A stretch of DNA of 63,999 bases, filler included, from Octopus bimaculoides (GCF_001194135.2; 5 parts of 5 records of this genome joined end to end with filler, not necessarily neighbours in it); one strand, 5' to 3'; counted from the first letter of the whole stretch, positions 27,626 through 40,289 are shown. The notes: a model not told the origin generated them from the sequence alone. Translations and numbers: made by a program.

Positions 27626-28127
27626 CCCTTTTTAATTGTTTCATTGAATTTCAAATAATTTCACCTTTGAAACTAAAAGACATGAAATATATCATTGACT
27701 ATTGAAACACAAATTTTCTATCAGTATACCATTGAATATAAATTAAAGCGAACACTTTGTTTTTTACATTGGCGTTGTGTTGTGGAATTGAAAATAAATA
27801 ACAAAATTTCAAGAGTTCACTTTCTATTTGACAGAACCCAATTGCAATGAGTTCAAACTCTGCCTTGCTGCAGGAGATAATCTTAGGAGATCAACAAAAG
27901 ACAGTCTGTTTAGTTTTTCTTGTGACAAGGGAGCTGTGAGCATGTGTTTCTTTCCCGATAATTGTAATCAGCAAGCAATTGTCCTACCTTGAGTCCAGCC
28001 ACTTATAATGTTTAGACCTATACAAAAAGAATAGAGAACATTTATAACCTTTCTATATTTAAGAGATGAGGAATTATGTACATTATTTACAATTGACAGA
28101 TATTTGTCCTCATCTTGTTTGTTGTTA

Positions 28128-28163
28128 ACACAACATTTCGGCTGATATACCCTCATCAGGTGT
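28128..28163 (-). ncRNA. Degenerate minimal hammerhead-like motif
   Basis: Minus strand: acac-CTGATGA-gggtatatcagcc-GAAA-tg-TT-gtgt. Stem I is ACAC/GTGT; stem II is shortened. Confidence 0.5.
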
Positions 28164-28299
28164 CTTGAGGAAATTTTGAACCTGGGTTCTCATTCCTAAG
28201 GTATTTTTCGATGTTGTTGTTATTATTATTCAGGTCACTGCCTTGAATTGAACTTGGAATCTTGCGGTTAGTAGCCTGCACTCTTAAGCACTATGCCAC

Positions 28300-29112
28300 A
28301 GGCATATGGTCATGTGGTGCGAATGGGTGAGGACACCTGTGTGAAAAAGTGTCACACCCTAGTGGTTGAGGGAAACTGTGGAAAAGGTAGACCCAGGAAG
28401 ACCTGGGATGAGGTGGTGAAGCACGACCTTCGAACATTAGGCCTCACTGAGGCAATGACTTGTGACCGAGACCTTTGGAAATATGCTGTGCTTGAGAAGA
28501 TCCGGCAAGCCAAGTAAGATCATGACCCATGGCCTATGCCAGTGGTGTAACCAGCCCACTTAGGCATACCTTTCTTTCATTGTACACTAAACTCTGCTTG
28601 TGAAGACCTGTTGAGGCAAGTGAAATCAAATTCGATGATAGCACCACATGACTGGCATCCGTGCCAGTGGAGCGCTAAGAGCACCATCTGAGCATGATCG
28701 TTGCCAGGGCCGCTGACTGGCCCCCGTGTGGGTGGCACATAAAAGCACCATTCGAGTGTGATCGTTACCAGTGTTGCTTTACTGGCATTTGTGCCGGTGG
28801 TACCTGAAAAACAACATTCGAGTGAGGGCGTTGCCAGTACCACTGGACTGGCTCCTGTACAGGTGACATGTAAAAACACCATTTGTGCAGGCCGTTGCCA
28901 GTACCACCTGACTGGCCCTCGTGCCAGTGGTACGTAAAAGCACCCACTACACTCCTGGAGTGGTTGGCGTTAGGAAGGGCATCTAGCTGTAGAAACGCTG
29001 CTTGATCAGATTGGAGCCTGGTGCAGCCATCTGGGTCACCAGTCCCAAGTCAAACTGTCCAACCCATGCCAGCATGGAAAGCAGACGTTAAACGATGATG
29101 ATGATGATGATA
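28300..29112 (+). mobile_element. RTE LINE 3' end with 5-unit tandem array in the 3'UTR and (GAT)n tail
   Basis: YGHVVRMGEDTCVKKCH..GRPRKTWDEVVKHDL..DRDLWKYAVLEK*, array at 28649-28945, ccatgccagcatgg hairpin, gatgatgat tail. Confidence 0.9.
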
Positions 29113-29139
29113 TTTATATGTATATATATATATATACAT

Positions 29140-29350
29140 GCAACATAAAGAGTATATCCCTTCATCAGTTGTCCCTGTTCCATCTACACCGCGTTCGAAG
29201 GCAAGGACAATACGCGACTTTGTTGGAACAGTCCTTCCCGCAAAGCAAATTAAATAAAATTTGGGATCTTTTGTGGAGGATGAAAGTGTTAACAAGAACA
29301 AGACAGTAAAAACAAACGGTGAGGGTTGTTGAGCCAAGACGATAGAAAAA
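29140..29350 (-). repeat. Interspersed repeat related to 46850-47045 (probable Penelope terminal repeat)
   Basis: Shares caacataaag, ttcatcagttg and cccgcaaagcaaattaaataaaatttgggat with the copy at 46850-47045. Confidence 0.6.
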
Positions 29351-29634
29351 TTATTATGAACGCTAAGTAGACAAGCTATGAGAGAAGAGACAGAAAAAAG
29401 CACGTCTTTTCTTTAGGAAGGCAGTGGACAGAAAGAGAGATCCCCTTTCGTCACGTGTCAGCGACGAGAGAGTCAAGGACACAATGGAAACATATGGATG
29501 TAAGTATACTTATATATATATATATATATGTGTATTTGTATGTATGTATATGTGTGTATACATATATGCATGTCTCTCTCTCTCTCTCTGTATATATATA
29601 TATACATATGTATGTATGTATGTAGCTATGTGTG

Positions 29635-29830
29635 TGTGTCTTTGTTTGTCTCTCCACCATCGCTTGACAACGATGTTGGTATATTTACGTCCTCGTAATT
29701 TAGCTGTTTGGGAAAAGATATCAATAGACTAAGTACTAGGTTTACAAAGAATAAGTCCTGGTGTTGATTTCTTCGACTAAAAAACCCCTAAAGCGATGCT
29801 CCAGTAAAATGGCTGAAACAAATAAAGGAA
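29635..29830 (+). mobile_element. SINE family B, 3' half
   Basis: Homologous to the family B tail. Confidence 0.7.
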
Positions 29831-30280
29831 CGTGTGTGTGTGTGAGAGAGAGAGAGTGAGAGGTGTTGGACAGCCACACAACCCATAATTTTTTTTGGTT
29901 CCTAAACTTTCAAAAAGTGATTACGAATACGGCTACCCTCCCCATCCACAAAGATCCAATGTTTTCAAAATTTCAATTCCTCTTAATATTTTTGGCTTGT
30001 TTTCAAAATTTTTGTTTCTATTTTTGGTGGGTGGAGAATAACACATTTTAAAATAAAGTGATTACAATTTCGGAAGAAATTATTTTTAGAACATTCCTAT
30101 TTGAAAAAAAAGTTAGTCTTCTTTCGGCGCTTGGAATACTTATACTTGTCCCCATATCTACCTTTAAATTTTTCAAATCACTCCTCCTCATCAGCTTTCG
30201 GAATAATGACATTGATCCACAACTAGGAATGCAATAAGATTCTGGTTAGCAAACTGACAAATACCTATATTAACAGAAAG

Positions 30281-30429
30281 CAGGGCTGGCCCTAGGGTTG
30301 CTGGCACCCCGGGCAAGCTGAACTTCGGTGTGTACAAGCTGACGGTCATGGAATTTTCCTTGTTTTTGTCATGCCCTCTCTGGCGCCCCGGGCGACTGCC
30401 CGAGTTTCCGGTACCTTGAGCCGGCCCTG
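30281..30429. mobile_element. hAT-type MITE
   Basis: Imperfect TIRs cagggctggccctagggt / accttgagccggccctg, and a decayed 8-bp TSD acagaaag / acaggagg (6/8 match). Confidence 0.7.
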
Positions 30430-31819
30430 ACAGGAGGACAGTAGAATTTGCATCTACATTATTTTCTTTATTCGGCAAGACAAACTTTTTAAAGTTTCAA
30501 ATAACACTTTTAAAATTCAACATGACAATTTATCTGTTCCTGTTCCAGGCAATACAGGTCCGTCTAGAAGTCGTTGATCTGCTCCTATATGAGAAACATT
30601 GTATTAGTTCACCCACCAGTTTTCCTATCTCACAGCATAGAAGTGTTCGATATATTGTGATGCAGTTTGAGTTTGTCCCTGGTACTGGAAAAGTTCTCAG
30701 ATCTTACTATAATTTACTGGTTCTCAAAAATGTCAAATACCTGACCTCCTCCCCATCATATTGTTAGGGAAGTTTTTTGAACCCCCCCCCCTTATTAATG
30801 GGGAGATAAAATTGAATGTTCCTCCACAGAATTCTCTCTTCGCCATGGCGTTTGACAAGTTTTAAAATGCCAAAATCATCTTAATTTTGCCCACTCCTTT
30901 TTCAATCTTCTCCCTCCTCGCTTATGAGAAACTCTGCTATGCCATATACTGGATGTGAATGGAATTATAATAGAAGATTAAGAAACACACAAATAAGGAA
31001 GATTCATTTTAACATGATAAAGCAGCTGTTTTAGTCAGCAGTAACGGAGGGGGCAATTACAAGTTAAAAGAATCTGTGAAGACACATCTACTAAGACAAA
31101 CAGGGATTTAGTGCGATCTTGTAATCTTGTCAGTGACCAGGTAGCAGTTCGCGTGACAAAAATTTTGACACTAAATAACAATATATGTTTAAGAGAAGTC
31201 TCTATGCGTTTTTTAATGGCTAATGTATCTTCCACGTCGCAGTCGTTTTAGTCCCAACACAGTCTCTGATCAAATCAGTTGCCTAGTCAGTACACTGCCT
31301 GTAATAAAATAATTTTGGAAATTCAGATATGCGACTTATATTAAATTGCTTTACTGGGCCATATTGAAATTCTATAACAATCTATAGAAAACGTTTCTGT
31401 ATCTATCAAAAAAAGGTTGAGAAGCTGCTGGTAGTGTAATATTGAATGTTTGCAATATGCTAATACAGTGTTTTTGAGGGCCTCACCCCGAACAGTACGG
31501 GCTCATGAATGATGAAAAAGGAGCTGACAAATTACGATGTTAACTGAGATGATTTATAAACTATTAAAACTTGTTCTGGCCATGAAATAATTGTGTCGAC
31601 GTAAATTCTGTTAAATGCTAATTTCATTTATGTGGAAATTTTGAATAACATTTTTTTTCAAAATCGTATCACGTCTTTTTTTTTGTGTATCTTGGACTGG
31701 ATTGTTCAATGTGTCCTTCCTTTGAGGTGTGTGGTTTGAGAGAGATTTGGCAGTTATTTCTAGCAGGACGAGCGACCACACTAAGGCCCGCTTTCTTTAT
31801 CATCTGATGTTTCTAGTTC

Positions 31820-32077
31820 AGTATTCAGCCACGCACTCGTAATTAAAACGGGCGGGTTTAGTAACTTCTAGAGCAGGTATGAGCAGTCACCTGCAACCAG
31901 TGGGATTTTCTGAATGGTAATTACCTTGAATTTTTTTAGTAGTGCGGCTTGTCTGATGAGTAGGCATATCTCATGCGGCCCACTCCTCAAGAAAGTTGCT
32001 TGTATCTGTTCTAGACTGTTGGTGTTCAGCTGGTGTGGGTATTCCCAAAGCTGGGAAGAGAGGAGATTGGGGTAAGT
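31820..32077 (+). promoter_or_regulatory. Candidate upstream promoter / non-coding first exon of TMEM181
   Basis: Locally GC-richer with a GGGCGG box near 31851. Consensus donors CAG|GTATGA (31876/77) and GGG|GTAAGT (32071/72), 2.2 kb upstream of the 34322 acceptor. Inference only. Confidence 0.35.
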
Positions 32078-32797
32078 TTATGAAATTGAAAATTGGAAAA
32101 AATTTTCAAATAAAAAGTTTTACAAAATGAGCTGTGGTGAGGGAGAAATTAAAATTTTGATTGAAATAAATAAAAAATTTAAAATCGTAACCTTGTAATC
32201 TTTTAATCATTGTCGTTGAAACTTATAAAAAGGGGGTGAGGTGGGAATGATTGTTCATCATAAACTTCAGACTTTTACTCCGAGTTTCACGTAAACAATC
32301 AGCTTTAATAAAATTCAGTATTTAAGTAGCTTTTCCTTCGATATTCGAATGAATATTATTTCTGTCACCTTATTTTGTACGTACAAAACACACACACACG
32401 ACTTCTCTCTCACTCTATGTGTATACATATATGCATACACACAGATATATATGCACGTGCACACGACTTTTTTTTGCTTGTTTTTGTGTATATACACACA
32501 CACACAATGACTTCAGTTAAATTATATCGATCCACAATAGTTTGTATTGTATTCAATGTGTATACTACCTCTGATCTCTATATCTCGAATAATTATTCAT
32601 TTATACATACATATATACGTACACACGTGCACATATATACATGTATGTTTATGATATTATTCTATAACATTACATTATATATATGTAAATCTGTGTAAAC
32701 ATGATCTTACAGTATTTGCTTTGCAAGCGTTATCAAGAAAATAAAATTGAACACTTTTAAAGAAAGTAAAGTGAGTTGTTTTGTTAGTTTTTGATAG

Positions 32798-32943
32798 ATT
32801 ACCGGACACTGTTTATATGTTATTGATCTGCTGAAGATATTCATACGAAAGTGAAACTACGAATTTGTAAACGGTGTCTTTCCCTCACAATGAAGCTGAT
32901 CTATCGAACATTGTCCCAAAACCAGATTCCATGCTTGGTGGAC
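32798..32943 (+). other. Candidate 5'UTR exon of TMEM181
   Basis: tttttgatAG before 32798, strong GAC|GTGAGT donor at 32943/44, CpGs retained. No transcript evidence. Confidence 0.35.
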
Positions 32944-34157
32944 GTGAGTTTTATTTTTTTAAAAATAATTATATAATATATATATGTAGGTAATAATTAT
33001 TATTGTTGATGTATGTGAATATAAAACAGAAAGCAAAACAACGAAGTGAAACGAAACCGGCATTTATGACATTATTACACTTCGTCTTATATTGTTCTTG
33101 CTAGTTTATAATCATTCTGTAATCACCTCTTCTATTACCATCATCATCATTTACTTGTTGTAATTTTAATGTGAAAGGTGTAATTGCAATCAAGATTGGT
33201 TTAGGGTTTATGGTGGCCCATAAACGTAGATGTTTTTTCGAGATGCTTTTCTTGCCCATATTTGCCGGAAGTGTGGGGATCTCTTTTATATCTGTGCACA
33301 ATTACCCAAAGTAATCTTTCTTTAATCCCGGCCCTTTTTGCTGTATTTGGCCATCATTACATTGACTAACCCCCATGAACATAAAAAAGAAAAGGAAAAG
33401 AAAGAAAACCTTTTACAATACTTAGTAAAATCTTTTTCCTGTCAAGTGAACAGCAACTCCTTACAACTCTCCCCTCCAGGTCCATGTTTTCCCTACAAGC
33501 ATCAAATTACGAAATACATCTTGAACATCAATTGTATTGAGGGTCTGGAAAGGCCGTAAGCATTGCTTGTCTTTACCCTGACTAAAATATAAATGAAAAA
33601 GAGGTCAATATTTTGGTAGACTACATGGATTGAATGAGATAAGAAGAGTTTTGGTTTTTTTTTAATTTACGTATATTTATTTTCTTCCTATGGTTTACAT
33701 ATGTTACCAGCATTTTAAAGTGAAATCGATTAACCAAGAACAATTAGTTATTTGTAGAGACAGTAATAAATCTCAATAGACAAATACGTCTTTAGATAAC
33801 CATATATGATGCAACGAGTATAAAAGAGAATGAAAATAAAAATTATGAATGTGTTTCAATAAATTTCCTTTTTAATTTGTACGTAGATCTTGGGTGATAG
33901 ATAAACATCTCTATCTGTCGGTATATTCTAGATTTTTCCTTTTCGCTTTATATTTCATTCAAGCTTTTATTAAGGCCTAATTTTTAATTAAACAACACGT
34001 CCAGTGGAAAAAATCGTTTAGATGGGCCTTATGTAGTACATGGCTATTTTACACACACACATACGCATTCAGACATGTCCATTTTGCCATGCTAGCATGG
34101 TTGTATTATATCTATGTATATCTATCTACAGGTGCAAACATGCATGCACGGAGTCAT

Positions 34158-34160
<3 letters not shown>

Positions 34161-34247
<87 letters not shown>
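34161..34247. repeat. (CA)n microsatellite; many other (CA)n, (TA)n, (GATA)n and (CATA)n tracts not listed individually
   Basis: Direct reading. Confidence 0.95.
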
Positions 34248-34253
<6 letters not shown>

Positions 34254-34381
34254 GGCTCCATTCTTTTACACTTGATTCTAGAAGAGCTTCATTCTTTATT
34301 TTTTTCTTTTTACTTTTACAGGTAAATTAGAAGCAGTGTTTTTATTTTCACTCCCTTACACTGTTTCTTTGATTTCATCCC

Positions 34382-34524
34382 ATGGATTCAGCTGAATACA
34401 CATTTTCCTATGCGTCTCCAAGTTGGGCAGACAGCATCCGAGCCTTCCTTTCTCAGTTCTCAAACATCTTCAGTGTATTTTCACCCCACATTGCTCCAAC
34501 ATATCACCATGATCGCTGTGAAAG
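34382..34524 (+). CDS. TMEM181: TMEM181 first coding exon (long N-terminal isoform): MDSAEYTFSYASPSWADSIRAFLSQFSNIFSVFSPHIAPTYHHDRCE-R
   Basis: Polypyrimidine tract + CAG acceptor at 34291-34321 (exon starts 34322). ATG in cccATGG context. 47 open codons + AG, then donor AAG|GTAAAA (phase 2). Joins the 48059 exon to give ...HHDRCERSVQMRLY..., matching the invertebrate TMEM181 N-terminus as I recall it. Confidence 0.88.
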
Positions 34525-35911
34525 GTAAAAAAGCATTTAATCTGTTTTCCTTCTTCCATTAACAAAAAATTATATTGCTAATCATCAAGCTTTAAGTTTT
34601 ATATTAGACATTAGGGTGCTGCTATTATACACTGACATTTTACACCATATTAAAGAAAAAGACATTCAACTGATTGGCAAAAAACTCACTCATCAAGCAA
34701 CAAACTCTGGCTCAGAGACATACTATTTCCTCACTATCCTTTCCACTACAATATCCTCTTCTCCTCTGAACTAGCTTGTTGCATATGTCTGCCACCTAAT
34801 TCATTTGAACCTCCCATCTTACCTTTTCTCATCGCTCTTAAAGTGTTTTAAACCTCACAGTAAACATTTCATGCAATCTTTTTGTCCCAGGAAACACCCT
34901 TGAATGACTCCTTTTATCAATTTTATCCTGCAAACATCAGCCTATAGATATTTAAGTTGAATTTCAACTATATCCCTTTCACCAGTCTACAAAGAATATG
35001 TGAAGGCTCACTTTCCTCTTTTGTCATTAGCAAAGAGTATTGCTGTTTGTCTAATAAACATCAGTTCATCTTGCTAGTGACAGCAGAGAAATATTGCAAT
35101 ATCCGATATTTATTTATAAAATACATTCTACTGAAGTGAAGGTAGTAACTGACATGTTAATGTCATTTGGAGACTATATTTCATCAAGAATCAAATTATT
35201 GTAGAAAATGTACAGAGGAAAGCTACTAAATGAAATGCAACTTTGAAGAGTAATGATGTGATATATGTCTATAAGATTGTCGTTGTGTAGCCCTAGATGA
35301 GTTCTGATTAACCAGAAATTTGATTAAAAGCATTCATGATAAGATTGTCTAATTTTTTTTAAGGTCTACATTATTCTGGATTCACTTTAAGACAGTAGGA
35401 TGTAATTTGCAGGAGATTTGATTCTTAATTTTAACCATATAGGTGTTACCCTCATTGACTGGATGGCTATAAAGTGAAATGTGAACTTAAAATAAAAGTA
35501 TCTGAAGGCCTGAGATTCCAATATCTTGGCGAGTGAGTATTTGCAATCAGTTGGATGACCTTTTGGATGAGGTCTAAAATGTTTGTGTATATAAGCAGCA
35601 TCATAGTTTCAGATGTGGGTTTTACTTGAGACAGCATTTGTTCATTGGCAAAATTCTAGTACTGAAGTGGAAAGCTTGTTTTTAGGAATGCAGTTAATAA
35701 AGTTAATAATTCAATGAATTGCCTTTCTGGAGGTCCAAAACCCTGAGCGTGCTTGGCTGAAAATCAGGTAGCACTCCTTTGCTACACTTAGAAGTAGGAA
35801 TTGGATGTGGTTATTAAAGGTTTTGATCCAAAAATAAATATATAAATTAACAAAAGCCCTAACTATAAGCCATACTGGGATGAATGCAAATTATTAAAAA
35901 CAAAAGCAGTA

Positions 35912-36545
35912 TGCAGGTGTGGTAAGAAGCTTGCAAGCTGGCAAAAACATTAACGTGTTGGGCAAAATGCTTAGCGGTATTTCGTCTGCCGTTGCGTTCT
36001 GAGTTCAAATTCTGCCGAGGTTGACTTTGCCTTTCATCCTTTTGAGGTCGATAAATTAAGTACCAGTTACGCACTGGGGTTGATGTAATCGACTTAATTC
36101 CTTTGTCTGTCCTTGTTTGTCCCCTCTATGTTTAGCCCCTTGTGGGCAATAAAGAAATAAGAAGCTTGCTTTCCAACCACATGGTTCAGGGTTCAATCCA
36201 CTGCATGGTACCCTGGCCAAGTGTCTTCTACTATAATTCTGGGCTGACCAAAGCCTTGTGAGTGGATTTGTTAGATGGAAACTGAATGAAAGAAGCCCAT
36301 TTATTTATGGGCCCATATTTATGTGTGTGTCGGTCTTTGTTTGTCCACACCACCCACTTAACCACTGTTGGTGTGTTTATGTCCATGTAACTTAGTGGTT
36401 TAGCAAAAAGGATTGATAGAATAAGTACCAAGCTTAAAAAAAAAAAAAGTTCTGGGGTTGATTCATTTGACTAAAAATTCTTTGAGTTGGTGCTCCAGCA
36501 AGGCTGCAGTTTAATGACAGAAACAAGTAAAAGATAAAAGATTGG
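35912..36545 (+). mobile_element. SINE family B interrupted by a family A variant (35935-36157)
   Basis: 12-bp TSD TAAGAAGCTTGC at 35923-35934 and 36158-36169. Confidence 0.85.
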
Positions 36546-37334
36546 ACTCAGTTTTAGATTTATAGAGATTTGAAAGAACAATAGTGAATAAGAGGCATTG
36601 AAAAATATTTTTGTAAATTTCTAAATATAAATCTAAATGAAAAAGTAAAACAAAAAATATATTTCATATTTTAATATTTATTTAAAAATGCTCCTCCTTT
36701 TTTTAAAACAATCTTTCAGGTAATAGTTAAACATTTTCCGCCATAACCATTATCAAATAATTTATTGGTAATTTTCAAGTATCCAATGACTTTAGTTTTG
36801 AACTTATAACATGTGTAAGGCTTCATTCTAGTTGGTTGAAAGTAGTTTTCTGTAGATTTTGTAAGATTCACAACCAAGAGAAGCTGTTTGCTGTACCAAA
36901 GTTTTCAAATACACAGAGAAGATTATCATATCCTTTTATATTTGTTCTTTGAAGTTTTTTTTCACACTCATAGTAGGTATGATAAGAGTTTAAAAAAAAA
37001 ACTATACTTTATTTTGAACATTTGTCTTTCAAATTTTAAACCACTTATTTTTGCTGATAATCAAAATAATTGTTTTATATTTCAACTCTTTTTAGTTCAT
37101 TTGTTTTCCTGACTTGTATTATATTTTTAGTTTGAAATGACATTATTTAATTAACATTAAATTGGAAGAGTTGTTAGAGCATTGGATAGACTACTTCCTG
37201 AGATTTGCTCTGTCCCTCTGTGCTGCAAGTTCAAATCTTACCAAAGTCAACTTTAACTTTCATTCTTTTGGGGTTAATAAAAAAGTACTAAACCAGAATG
37301 GTGGATTAGTGGAACTATTAGAGGATTGGGTGAA

Positions 37335-37460
37335 ATTTCTTGTAGTTTATTTTCTGGCTTTTTGCATTCCAACAGCTATACCTGTGACAACACAGATGCC
37401 AGGCTGTCTGTTTTATTGAATAAACATTGATGGGATGGAAAGAGAAAGCTTGCATCCACA
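37335..37460 (-). mobile_element. CR1-type LINE fragment
   Basis: Closely similar to 38600-38720. Confidence 0.7.
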
Positions 37461-37923
37461 GGTGACTATCAGTCTTCCTCAAAAAGAAAAAGAACTAATT
37501 TTTACACAGGCATGTGCAGATGCACAGGTCAACTTTGACCAAAGAATGTCCTATTTAGCATTAAATGTAATGGGTAAAAATCAATATTCTATACTTGCTA
37601 GCTCGTTATCACTTGTCCTTAGCTACTATAAGAGCAATTGAGTTTAATGCTACAACCCCTTGTCTCACATTACTTGACTCAGTAAATTGGTTTATTAAGT
37701 CGACTTAGTTAAACTGTCAAAAACATTTCTAACCTTACTAACAACACTATGTTGTCAAAGATACTGAAAATTTTATTAATGATAGAAAATGGCGCATCAA
37801 AATAATGGGAGAAACCATTGATGAATTTTAGCAATTTAGTAAATATATATACATACACAGAATTGAAACATTTGAACAATCAAATACGGTTGTAATGTCT
37901 TGGTTGAAAATATTGTCATCCAT

Positions 37924-38250
37924 ATCATCATCATCATCGTTTAACGTCTGCTTTCCATGCTAGCATGGGTTGGACGATTTGACTGAGGACTGGTGAACCA
38001 GATGGCTACACCAGGCTCCAATCTGATTTGGCAGAGTTTCTACAGCTGGATGCCCTTCCTAACGCCAACCACTTCGAGAGTGTAGTGGGTGCTTTTACGT
38101 GCCACCGGCATGAAGGCCAGTCAGGCGGTACTGGCAACGGCCATGCTCAAAATGGTGTATTTTACGTGCCACCCGCACAAGAGCCAGTCCAGCGGCACTG
38201 GCAACGATCTCGCTTGAAAGTCCTTACACATGCCACGGGCACAAGTGCCG
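37924..38250 (-). mobile_element. 5'-truncated RTE 3'UTR copy (3 array units)
   Basis: Reverse complement of the 28.8-29.1 kb 3'UTR with (CAT)n tail. Confidence 0.9.
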
Positions 38251-38288
<38 letters not shown>

Positions 38289-39425
38289 AATTATTGTGTA
38301 TAGTGCTCAGGTGCACTACAACTCATCAAATGTGCATGTACAGTACATAGAATTATGTACAAAAGTCAGTAAAGTGAACAGTGTATGAATCATGATGTAC
38401 ATGTGCGCTTGCATATGGAGTGGGGGATATCAGGTGTTGTGTTGACAAATTTCAGGAAGCATGGACATTTTAAAGGATGCAATGTCTCCGCAACTAACAA
38501 CTGATGCAGATAGTTTGTTCCATACTTCAGCAACTCTGAGTGTGAAAAAATGTTTCTGAAAGTCATGGGAGCTGTGCTGTTTTCTGACTTTGTAGGCATG
38601 TCTTGTAGTTTCTTTTCTGGTTCTTTGCATTCCAACAGCTATACCTGTGAGAACACAGATGCGAAGCTGTCTGTTTCTTTGAATAAACATTGATGGTATG
38701 GAAAGGGAATGCTTGCACCCATACATGGAGCTCAAAAAGGTGCTCAAGGTGATTGTTGGTGTGATGGTTAATAATTTTGTGGGTGTTTACTAAGTCAGTT
38801 GCCAGACGTCAGAGCTTCAATGTATCTGTCCAGTGAAGCAAGGTGTTCGAAGTACGGTAGATGCCTGATGGAAGGTATTCACTTGGTTGTGTGTCTCTAA
38901 ACAGTTTCCAGGAGGTCAATGTCCTGAGCAAGATAGGGGTTCCAGACTAGTGATGCATATTCCAAGTGTGGCTGCACTATAGCTATATACAGCCTTAAAT
39001 AGATAGCTGGAGAGTGGCTGACAAAGGGCTTGCTGAGTGATGCCAAGACACCTTCAGTCTTGATGTGCCATGTCCAGTGCAAATTGCTGCTGATAGTAAT
39101 GCCCAGGTCTCATTCACAAGAAGACTTCTTGATATTAGTGTTGTGGAGAGAGTATGCGGATGTGGGGTTTTTCCTCCCCAAATGTATGGTGGTACACTTG
39201 TCCACAGCCAGCTTGAGTTGCCAGTTTGTGATCCATTGTTGCATTGTGTCCAGGTTCGATTGCAGGAAAGATCTATAGTGTTCAGGATTTGTCTTTTTTA
39301 TGTCAAGATACAGCTTGATGTCATCTGCATATTTCAGCACTGTGGCATTCTTTAAGTTGGCATCTATGTCATTAATGTATGCAACGAAAGGGGACCAAGA
39401 ACAGATCCCTGCAGTACACCAAGAA
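38251..39425 (-). mobile_element. CR1-type LINE, RT to 3' end with (ATT)n tail
   Basis: FVAYINDID..KYADDIKLY..WQLKLAVDKC..VQPHLEYASLVWNPY..RVAEVWNKL. Confidence 0.9.
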
Positions 39426-40289
39426 ACATCCACTTTTCCATGCTTGCATGGATCAGACAGATTTTGTATAGCTGTATGCCATTCCTGTCACCAATCCTCA
39501 TCTGCTTCAAAGTAAGGTAATATTCCACCATGCCCAAACATGATTATGTGGAAGATTGCAACAAAAAAAGAACATCTCATGTATGAGAGTGACACTAGCT
39601 TACAACTACTGCATGATGCCAAAGCAAGGAGACAGTAAAACAAACAAACACACTCACACGCGCATTGAGTTAATCGTTGGCGAAACCATGAAGTTCTGGT
39701 GATCTCATGAGCTAGCTTTCTTTATTTCCATTGATATGTGAATATATAATTGTATTGTATAATGTGGAACATGCATATTAATGCAAACATGTAAGCATAA
39801 TTTCTTCCGTACTGAAATTAATAATACACGAAGGAGGTTGTGAAATGGCCTTAATCCTAAGGATATCACATGGTTAAATAAATATATATTCACCTCTCAT
39901 ACCTCCTGAGATCCTTTTATCTTTATTTGTTTCAGCCATTAAATTGCTGCCATGCAATATAGGGGTTTTAGTTGAACAAATGTACCCCAGTACTTATTTT
40001 TTGAGCTTGGTGCTTATTCTAGTGGTTTTGCCAAACCATTAGGTTATGGGGATGTGATCAAACCAAGTGGTGATGAGGTACAAACACAGGTCCAAAGATA
40101 TGCATGCACACACACACACACATCGATGCATGTGCATACATATATGTGTGTGCCTGTAAATGTGTTATCATTTAGTTGGAAAAATAAATAAGGGTTAGTT
40201 CATGAAAGGCAAGAATGGAAAAATGAACTAAAATGAATGAAAGAAAAAGTAAGTGCAAATATATACACACATATTCAGAGGCAATGTGG

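Noticed and set aside
28649-28720. Twister or HDV-like ribozyme assignment for the array unit
   Set aside because: GCCGGT..TAAAAG is superficially twister-like, but the conserved loop-4 and pseudoknot residues are absent, and I could not build an HDV double pseudoknot.
28649-28945. CRISPR-like array
   Set aside because: The whole 65-bp unit repeats, there are no unique spacers, and it lies in a eukaryotic LINE 3'UTR.
32826-32870. CTGAAGA..GAAA hammerhead candidate; also 30175-30194, 34450-34475 and 4716-4750
   Set aside because: Stems I-III cannot all be formed, or GAAA is missing; consistent with chance.
36856-36957. In-frame phase-2 exon candidate RFCKIHNQEKLF..
   Set aside because: Weak acceptor and an early stop; the conserved junction is 34524 to 48059.
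39450-39510. Apparent exon LYAIPVTNPHLLQ with AG/GT ends
   Set aside because: It is a decayed minus-strand RTE/SINE tail.
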